A stretch of DNA of 64,000 nt from Flavobacteriales bacterium (GTDB lineage: Bacteria; Bacteroidota; Bacteroidia; UBA10329). Shown here piece after piece: positions 56,927 to 64,000 of this stretch; positions within the stretch are counted from its first letter, which is position 1, and each line of letters starts with the position of its first letter. Position numbers and translations under genes: made by a program. Where the stretch lies: the NCBI GenBank assembly GCA_021739625.1, contig JAIPBJ010000001.1, positions 2,553 to 66,552 of the forward strand. Direction: 5' to 3'. The notes under the pieces were generated by a model. It saw only the letters and a program-made list of their open reading frames with translations, did not search any database and was not told the origin of the DNA.

Positions 56927-58024
56927 ATGGCCCTTCAATGCGGAATCGTAGGACTGCCCAATGTCGGCAAGTCCACCCTTTTCAACTGCCTCTCCAACGC
57001 CAAGGCACAGGCCGCCAATTTCCCCTTCTGCACCATCGAGCCCAATGTGGGTGTCATCACTGTGCCTGATGAAAGATTGGAGAAGTTGGAAACGTTGGTA
57101 AAGCCCGATCGCGTGGTGCCCACCACCATCGAGATCGTGGACATAGCCGGTCTGGTGAAAGGTGCCAGCAAGGGCGAGGGCCTCGGCAACCAGTTTCTCG
57201 GCAACATCCGCGAAACGGATGCCATCATCCACGTGGTGCGCTGCTTCGATGATGGGAACGTGGTACACGTGGACGGTTCGGTGGATCCCGTGCGCGACAA
57301 GGAGGTCATCGATACTGAGCTGCAACTCAAAGACCTTGACACGGTGGACAAGCGGATTCAGAAGGTGCGCAAACAGGCCGATACCGGCAATAAGGACGCG
57401 AAGACCGAGTTCCAGGTGCTCTCCATTCTGAAGGGCACGTTGGAAAAAGGCATCTCTGCCCGCGCTGCCGTGCTTGACGACAATCAGGTCGAGATTGCCA
57501 GATCCTTCCAGTTGCTCACATTCAAACCTGTGCTCTACGTCTGCAATGTGGATGAGGCTTCTGTGGTGAGTGGAAATGCACACAGCCAGCGTTTGGCAGA
57601 GTCGGTGGCAAAGGAGAAGGCCGAGGTCATCCTCATCAGCGCGGCCATGGAGGCCGACATAGCCGAACTGGAGAGCTATGAGGAGCGTATGGAGTTCCTA
57701 AACGATGCCGGCCTGAGCGAGGCGGGTGTGAACAAGCTCATCCGCTCGGCCTACCGTCTGCTGGAATTGCAGACCTACTTCACTGCCGGAGTGAAAGAGG
57801 TGCGTGCCTGGACCATCCGCAGGGGCATGACCGCCCCACAGGCCGCAGGCGTTATCCACACTGATTTTGAGAAAGGATTCATCCGTGCCGAGACCATCCA
57901 TTACGATGATTTCATAAAGTACGGGTCGGAGACTGCGGTGAAGGAGGCCGGCAAGATGGGCGTGGAGGGCAAGGAGTATGTGGTGCAGGACGGTGATGTG
58001 ATGCACTTCCGCTTCAACGTTTGA
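56927..58024 (+). CDS. ychF: Redox-regulated ATPase YchF (Obg family)
   Basis: [61 protein letters not shown]. Confidence 0.97.
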   Translation: MALQCGIVGLPNVGKSTLFNCLSNAKAQAANFPFCTIEPNVGVITVPDERLEKLETLVKPDRVVPTTIEIVDIAGLVKGASKGEGLGNQFLGNIRETDAIIHVVRCFDDGNVVHVDGSVDPVRDKEVIDTELQLKDLDTVDKRIQKVRKQADTGNKDAKTEFQVLSILKGTLEKGISARAAVLDDNQVEIARSFQLLTFKPVLYVCNVDEASVVSGNAHSQRLAESVAKEKAEVILISAAMEADIAELESYEERMEFLNDAGLSEAGVNKLIRSAYRLLELQTYFTAGVKEVRAWTIRRGMTAPQAAGVIHTDFEKGFIRAETIHYDDFIKYGSETAVKEAGKMGVEGKEYVVQDGDVMHFRFNV

Positions 58025-58262
58025 TCGGAACACTCCTCGAAGAGGCCCGGTTCACGATTTCTGACCGTTGTGTCATTCTGTTTCATCGTTGACCATCGGT
58101 CGCTTGTCGACAACGACTGCCAACTCGTCCGCGCGGTGTGTCGTAAAGCGTTCGGAATGCGTGTTACTGTTAATAAAAAGTAAAGGAAATGCGTAGCTAA
58201 GACGAACTTGAAAGGTTCTTATTACGTACTTCGCTGGGACGCACCAAATGGTAGGAAGCGAT

Positions 58263-60089
58263 ATGGCCAGCAATCGGAATGGGAAATCTAATGGGTCGGA
58301 AGTCAGTGATAATGAGTCATATCAGGCTCCGGAAGCACGTTATTTCAAATCGAAGGAGCAGTTTGACCAGGCGGTCGGACAGGATTTCATCCAATATGTG
58401 AACCAGGGCACGTTGCGTAGCGACAGCTATCTGGTGGGCCTGTCGCACGGGCAGTCGCCTGCGGGTGCATACTCCTACATCATCGACCATTTCAACGAGG
58501 TCAAGAACCCCAGACAGCTGCGGTTCACGTTTGTCAATACGCCTCTTGTCCGTCAGCGGGGTCTGCATGGTGTGGTCGATGCCAAGGTGTTCCTCACGCG
58601 GCTCATCCGCGAAGGATTCATCCGCAAGGAGCAGATCATAGGGCGCACTTCGAAACGGGAAAGTCCGGAACTGTATGTGAGCGAATTCAACCATGAGCTT
58701 CAAGGATTTCTGACCGCAGAGAACAAGACGGGATTGGACTATGTGTTCCTCGCCTCAGACCCAACGGGCAGAGTAGCAGGTATTGCGCGGCATTCGGAGG
58801 CCTTCTTGTCCAAGGATATCGCGGTGGTGGTGGACGACCGCAATGAGAAGGAGCTCACCGCCACGCCCTATTTCCTGAAGCAGTCCAAAAGAGTGGCCTT
58901 CCTCGCCACCAAGGCCGACAAGAGACGGCCGCTTGCATGGCTCTATTATCGTTGGTCGTTGGAGGACGAGAGTCCAAGTTTCCTCCGTTTCATGGAGAAT
59001 GTGAAGAAGCGCATGACCGTGTTCATTGACGACAAGGCCCTCACTTGGCCGCAGGTCACGCTGAAGCGAGAAACGCCTTATGGTGAGACCGTCATACGCA
59101 TTGATACCGCCAAACCGTTCAACGAAAAGGCGAAGCGCAAACTGCCGGTGGTGCTACTTGTGCATGGGTTTCTGGGCCTCAATTCCTATGATGCACTCCT
59201 CACGGCCATCCCGTCACACAAGTACATCGCTGCGGCCATGCATTATGGGTCGGTGCCGACCGACCTGCCGCCAAAGGATTATTCCAAGCACGTTGAGAAG
59301 AACATCAATCACGTGGTGCGCTATTTCGGTGAACTGGGCCACCCGGTCTATCTTTTCGACCATTCTATGGGAAACATCTATTTCCTGATGTTGGACCGCG
59401 ACTGGGATGAGATGGACGGTGTGCGCAATTATCTCTGCGGCCGCATCGGGGCCAATCCGTTCTTCGGTGAGGAGGCCCGCCATGCCATGCTGGGCTTTCT
59501 CGACAACGTGATATTGCCTTCGGGCCAGGGAATAGTTGCCCGTGCCCTGTTCGCGGCCGCAAGGAGTCTTGTGCCGTTGGATTCGAAAGTGGGTGTCCGC
59601 AACCGTGGCATCGCCCTGGCCGACTGGCTCATCAGCAAGGATTCCGATTTCCGCGACCGTGTCTGGAAGGCCGCCAAGGAGCGCATCATGCACCTTATGG
59701 TCAACATGGGATCGCTTCCCCACGTCAATCGCATTCCATTGGAACAGGCGCTGAGCCGACTTCCGGCCAAACTCTTCGCCATTCAGACCCATTCGGCCCT
59801 CATCGATTCGAAGGCGTTCGACAGGCAGACCGGCCTTCTCAATATGACCAAACACGATATTCCTGTGCTCATTCTCAAAAGTGAGCGGGACGGTGTGGCC
59901 AAATATGTTCACCGCATCTACCAGGGCGAGGAGGTGAAGGTGGTGGATGTGACCGATCACGATGAGAGGGATGCTTTCAGAGAGCACCTCTTTCACATGA
60001 TACAGCCTGTGAGGACGGCAAACATCATCGACAGCTTCATCACTGAGGCAGAGTTGAAGCGAGATGTTCCCCAAGCACTGATGGTGTAG
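58263..60089 (+). CDS. Fusion of a NagB/6-phosphogluconolactonase-like domain and an alpha/beta-hydrolase domain
   Basis: N-half: VGLSHGQSP..AY, GLDYVFL..DPTGRVAG, RVAFLAT..DKR. C-half: VVLLVHGFLG, DHSMG. Confidence 0.6.
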   Translation: MASNRNGKSNGSEVSDNESYQAPEARYFKSKEQFDQAVGQDFIQYVNQGTLRSDSYLVGLSHGQSPAGAYSYIIDHFNEVKNPRQLRFTFVNTPLVRQRGLHGVVDAKVFLTRLIREGFIRKEQIIGRTSKRESPELYVSEFNHELQGFLTAENKTGLDYVFLASDPTGRVAGIARHSEAFLSKDIAVVVDDRNEKELTATPYFLKQSKRVAFLATKADKRRPLAWLYYRWSLEDESPSFLRFMENVKKRMTVFIDDKALTWPQVTLKRETPYGETVIRIDTAKPFNEKAKRKLPVVLLVHGFLGLNSYDALLTAIPSHKYIAAAMHYGSVPTDLPPKDYSKHVEKNINHVVRYFGELGHPVYLFDHSMGNIYFLMLDRDWDEMDGVRNYLCGRIGANPFFGEEARHAMLGFLDNVILPSGQGIVARALFAAARSLVPLDSKVGVRNRGIALADWLISKDSDFRDRVWKAAKERIMHLMVNMGSLPHVNRIPLEQALSRLPAKLFAIQTHSALIDSKAFDRQTGLLNMTKHDIPVLILKSERDGVAKYVHRIYQGEEVKVVDVTDHDERDAFREHLFHMIQPVRTANIIDSFITEAELKRDVPQALMV

Positions 60090-60100
60090 GGCAGCAAACG

Positions 60101-63100
60101 TTACTGCTTCACCACCCGCATCACTTCCACCGTATCATTGCCCTGCACGCGCAGCACATAGGTTCCTGCGGCAAGTGAGCTGATGTCCAATGTGCTGATG
60201 TTCCCTGATGCTGTGGTTCGCATGACGACCCGCCCATCCGCAGCGATCATTTCCAACGATACCGCACCCATTGATGCCGGTAGCACAATGTCGATGGCAT
60301 CGCTTGCAGGGTTGGGCCAAACAGCAAAACGTTCTGATGCAAGGTCGCGGATGTTCACCGCAATGACCTCGTAGGGGTCTGAGGTGCTGACACATCCGTT
60401 GGCATCGGTCACGGTCACTGTGTAGATGCCGGGACCTTGGACGGGAATAGTGGCAGAATTGCTATTGGAAATGGCATTTCCTTCCAAGAACCATTGGTAG
60501 CTGGTACCTGAAACAGTGGAACTGAGCGTTGACCCGTTGTCGATGATCACAGGCTGCGTCACATTGTGCTGCGTCACGGTAAATGACGTGGAAGTGGCCC
60601 CGCATCCGAAAGCGTTGAAAACTGTCACTGCATGTTGCCCCGCTGTGCCGATGATGCCCACCGCTGTGGTCCCTCCATCTGTCCAGCTATAACTGTCATG
60701 TCCCGATGGTGCCGCAAGGCGCACGGTCTCGCCCGGACAGAAGGTGAGCGCACCTCCATTGAACTGTCCGATGACCGCACGTCCGTTGCCACCGCGCACC
60801 GCTCCGTTGATCTGCGTCCCCACTGCCTGTGCTACCATGAACACGGGAATGGAGACACTCGCGCCATTGACTCCCGCTCCCATTTCGATGGGGGCATCGG
60901 CCACATTATTTACGATGATGACGGCCACTGCACCAGCATTCTGCGCATTGAGCGCCTTATCTCCGAATTCGCAGATTCCCCTATAGACAACCGCAATCTT
61001 GCCTGCCACCTGCGCTGCGTTGAATGCGGCCGAGCAAAGTAGGCTGTCGTTGGCGGCAGAACGGGCGATTACCATGTCGGCCTCCACGCTGATGGTAGCA
61101 AAGTCCGGACTGCCCCAGCCAGCGGCCGGAAGGGTGTAGGCATACTGACCTTGCACCGCAGGAGTGTTGAGCATCACGAAGCCGACATCATTGCCAGAGA
61201 CCACCATGGGGGTGGCCGGTACCGGATTCACCGTCACCTGCACAGTGGCATTGTCAGTGCAGCCTGTTGTTGTGCCTGTGACCGTGTAGGTGATGTTGCC
61301 TGAGGGCGATGCGTTCACCGATGCTCCGGTTGTTCCGCTAAGGCCGGTCGCGGGACTCCACACATAGCTCTGTGCACCTGAGGCCGTAAGCGATGCAGAA
61401 CTTCCGCTGCACAGGCTCACCGTAGCGTTGTTCACCTGCACATTCGGGGAGGCATTCACCACAACGGCACTGCTCATCACCATCTGGTCAGAACCATAGG
61501 CGTTGGAGACGTTGAGGGTCACATTGTAAGTTCCGGGTGTGTTGTAGGTGATGCTTGGCGATGGAAGGTTGGATGTGGCCGGAGTTCCGCCCGGAAAGCT
61601 CCAGTTGTACGTGGTCGGTGTGTTGGTGCTCTGGTCAGTGAACTGAACGGAACTGCCCGCACAGACCGTATTCGTAGAAATGTTGAATCCGGCCACAGGC
61701 GGGTCGTTCGACAGCACACAGTTGCCCGATAGTTGGACATTATCAATATAGATGTTGTTGCCATAGTCGTTGTAGGTCTCGAACTTGATGCGCACGTTGG
61801 GCAGGCCGTCAAACTGGCTGAGGTCAACAGTGAAGCAGCCCGACCCGAGGTCGCCACCGAAACACCAGTCAATGCCGTTGGTGGGCACAAAGTCGCTGCC
61901 CAGAATGCTGTTGGTGGCAAAACTGCCCGTTCCATTCTCTGCTGCGGCAAGCACACGGAAGGGGAAGGTCGTTCCCCCGTTGGTGCTCACATAAACAATG
62001 AGCGAATCGCGGTAGTCGGCCGAATATCTGCGGTGCGCGTGTTGAAAGTCGAGCTGGATGTTGGCATGGTTCGAGAAGTCGAGGACTGCAGTTGTCAGAC
62101 CGTCCCGCTGGCCCTGTGTGTCATAGTTGAAGAGATTGATGCCCGCGGCCTTGGTGCCGCTGATGGAGCCGGCCACTGTGAACAGACCCCATGTGATGCC
62201 GTTGTCGGGGTTCTGCACACTCCATCCGTTCGATGTGAAAGTCCCGGTCTCGAAACTCTCTGTGAAGAATATGTCAGTGCCGCTGGGCGAGATGTTCACA
62301 TAGCCGTTCAGCGTCTCGGTGTCCGTGCCGAATGCATTGGTAAGGGTAAGCGAAACGGTGTAAGTTCCTATGGAAGCATAGTTCACCACCGGGTTCTGTG
62401 AGGTGGAGGTTGTCGGACTTCCGCCCGGAAAGCTCCACTGATAGGAGTTGGGCAGTCCTCCTATGCTCGACCCATAGAATTGGACGTTCGCTCCCGGACA
62501 GCGCAACGGATTGTCTGTCTGAATGACCGCTATGGGCGGGGCATTGATAGTGGTCTGAGCGCACAGCACGGCCTGATAGGCGTTGATGCGGCCAGCGCCC
62601 AACTGCCCTATGTAGCTGCTGTTCACCGCGTTTATGTTGTCTGCGGTCGAGAGTACGCAGTTCTCGATCTGGGTGCGGGTCATCTGCGGGTTCACAGATT
62701 TGACCAGACCGCAGAGCCCAGCGACCATGGGCGAGGCCATTGATGTGCCGTCCAGGTTGGCATAGGTGGGCGAGTAACTGCTGTTGAAATAGGTGCTGCG
62801 AATTGAACTGCCCGGTGCAGAGATGTCGATCCAACTGCCGTAGTTCGAGAAGCTGCTCTTGGCATCGTTGGTGGTGGTGCTGGCCACGCTGATGACATTG
62901 CTGTATCCTGCGGGATAGAAAACCGTGTTCACGCCATCATTGCCCGCAGCCGCCACATTGACGCAACCGGCCGAGGCCGCGTTGTTCATGATGTCCTGCC
63001 CCGTCTGGCTGTAGCCCGAACCACCCCACGACATGTTGATGACATCCGCCCCGTTCTGATAGGCCCATACCACCCCCGCGTATGCATCACTGATGAATTC

Positions 63101-63823
63101 ACTTGAATTGGAACTTTTCACCGGAAGGATCTTCACACTGAAACCGATGCTGGCCACGCCCACTCCATTGTTGGTTGCAGCAGAGACTATGCCGGCAACG
63201 TGGGTCCCATGGCTCATGCCTGTTTCGTTGGGCATCGGGTCGTTGTCGTTGTCGGCCACATCCCGGCCGGGCAACAGGTTGGGAATGAGGTCGGGGTGGG
63301 TCGTGAGCACCGCATCGTCCACCACGGCCACTTTCACGGTGGTATTGCCTGTGGTGATGTCCCATGCCTGCTGTGCGTTGATGCGGTGAAGCCCCCATTG
63401 ATTGGGGTTGCCAGAGGCAGCTCCGAGATCGTTCGGGGTAAGGCTGGGACGCATGATGGGAACGCGCTCCGCATAGTTCACCACGTCCAGCTTTTCCAGC
63501 GCGCGGGCGAAGACCATCTCCAGTCCGGCCGCATCGAAGAAGAGCTGATAGACTTCGCGCACGCCTGGGTCGATGGCAAAATGGAACGGCCTGCGCACGC
63601 GGCTCAGTCCGTATGTCTCGGCAAGTTCGCTGCCGATGATCTGGCGGAACGCCTCAAGGTTCACTTTGTCATCCGTGAGCGACAAACCTTTGGTTGTTGT
63701 CGGCTGCACTTGCACCCACAGCTGGCCGTCATAATACTCGTGGTTGATGGTCTGCGCACGGAGGGTGGTGAACAGAGAGACCGAGAACAATAATGCCGTG
63801 AGGAGGGGAACGATTCGCTTCAT
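60101..63823 (-). CDS. S8 subtilisin-like serine protease with PKD and PA domains and T9SS type A CTD
   Basis: Catalytic D (VAVVDD), HGTHVAG, AAAGN, GTSMASP; PA domain (GKIAVVYRG.C.F..K..NAQ.AGA); CTD 'WPNPA...GTYVL'. Confidence 0.92.
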   Translation of the reverse strand: MKRIVPLLTALLFSVSLFTTLRAQTINHEYYDGQLWVQVQPTTTKGLSLTDDKVNLEAFRQIIGSELAETYGLSRVRRPFHFAIDPGVREVYQLFFDAAGLEMVFARALEKLDVVNYAERVPIMRPSLTPNDLGAASGNPNQWGLHRINAQQAWDITTGNTTVKVAVVDDAVLTTHPDLIPNLLPGRDVADNDNDPMPNETGMSHGTHVAGIVSAATNNGVGVASIGFSVKILPVKSSNSSEFISDAYAGVVWAYQNGADVINMSWGGSGYSQTGQDIMNNAASAGCVNVAAAGNDGVNTVFYPAGYSNVISVASTTTNDAKSSFSNYGSWIDISAPGSSIRSTYFNSSYSPTYANLDGTSMASPMVAGLCGLVKSVNPQMTRTQIENCVLSTADNINAVNSSYIGQLGAGRINAYQAVLCAQTTINAPPIAVIQTDNPLRCPGANVQFYGSSIGGLPNSYQWSFPGGSPTTSTSQNPVVNYASIGTYTVSLTLTNAFGTDTETLNGYVNISPSGTDIFFTESFETGTFTSNGWSVQNPDNGITWGLFTVAGSISGTKAAGINLFNYDTQGQRDGLTTAVLDFSNHANIQLDFQHAHRRYSADYRDSLIVYVSTNGGTTFPFRVLAAAENGTGSFATNSILGSDFVPTNGIDWCFGGDLGSGCFTVDLSQFDGLPNVRIKFETYNDYGNNIYIDNVQLSGNCVLSNDPPVAGFNISTNTVCAGSSVQFTDQSTNTPTTYNWSFPGGTPATSNLPSPSITYNTPGTYNVTLNVSNAYGSDQMVMSSAVVVNASPNVQVNNATVSLCSGSSASLTASGAQSYVWSPATGLSGTTGASVNASPSGNITYTVTGTTTGCTDNATVQVTVNPVPATPMVVSGNDVGFVMLNTPAVQGQYAYTLPAAGWGSPDFATISVEADMVIARSAANDSLLCSAAFNAAQVAGKIAVVYRGICEFGDKALNAQNAGAVAVIIVNNVADAPIEMGAGVNGASVSIPVFMVAQAVGTQINGAVRGGNGRAVIGQFNGGALTFCPGETVRLAAPSGHDSYSWTDGGTTAVGIIGTAGQHAVTVFNAFGCGATSTSFTVTQHNVTQPVIIDNGSTLSSTVSGTSYQWFLEGNAISNSNSATIPVQGPGIYTVTVTDANGCVSTSDPYEVIAVNIRDLASERFAVWPNPASDAIDIVLPASMGAVSLEMIAADGRVVMRTTASGNISTLDISSLAAGTYVLRVQGNDTVEVMRVVKQ

Positions 63824-63940
63824 TTCTGGAGAATTGGACGGTGAAAATAGCAGTCATCCGGCAAAGTGAATCCATGTCAGTGGCCGATTCCATGAAATGG
63901 CCATCACGTCACTGATGTCTGAAGGCCAAGACATGTGACC

Positions 63941-64000
63941 CTATGCGCCAATGGCATCATGAATCACATCTTCCACAGGCCGCACATCCGCATAGAATGC
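63941..64000 (-). CDS. Possible 3' end of a gene entering from the right edge
   Basis: Reads AFYADVRPVEDVIHDAIGA-stop; too short to identify. Confidence 0.3.
   Translation of the reverse strand, partial: AFYADVRPVEDVIHDAIGA

Noticed and set aside
1-64000. Prophage, IS element, integron, tRNA or rRNA genes
   Set aside because: No integrase, transposase or phage structural motifs in the ORFs, and no tRNA- or rRNA-like sequence recognised in the intergenic gaps.

Overview
A 64-kb chromosomal segment from a moderately GC-rich Bacteroidota, probably Flavobacteriales-like. The assignment rests on T9SS cargo with type A/B C-terminal signals, a PorP/SprF-like gene, DUF5686/DUF4199 genes, TAnnTTTG promoters and a Bacteroidota-type SRP RNA. 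Most of the window is core or surface biology: a cystathionine gamma-synthase/lyase, sucC, thiL, ychF, ffs, an ethanolamine permease with a GlnA-like ligase, a 10-gene nucleotide-sugar/glycosyltransferase operon, and large secreted proteases and adhesins. I found no integrase, transposase, cas or reverse transcriptase gene. The most unusual element is a ~1.45-kb cassette after sucC (16876-18327), bracketed by diverged 54-bp direct repeats and GTAG-type REP palindromes. It carries an uncharacterised all-helical 235-aa protein, a ~430-bp AT-rich array of ~20 degenerate units phased at exactly 21 bp (TCA-N2-TGAA core), and a ~115-nt structured segment. Two further arrays built from 21-nt blocks occur at 29656-29750 and 51840-52290. 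Other observations: a displaced duplicate 3' end of eat flanking a low-GC pentapeptide gene, 7/8-bp-periodic intergenic tracts through the polysaccharide locus, and a NagB/6PGL-like plus alpha/beta-hydrolase fusion. All family assignments are from motif recognition by eye, not database searches.
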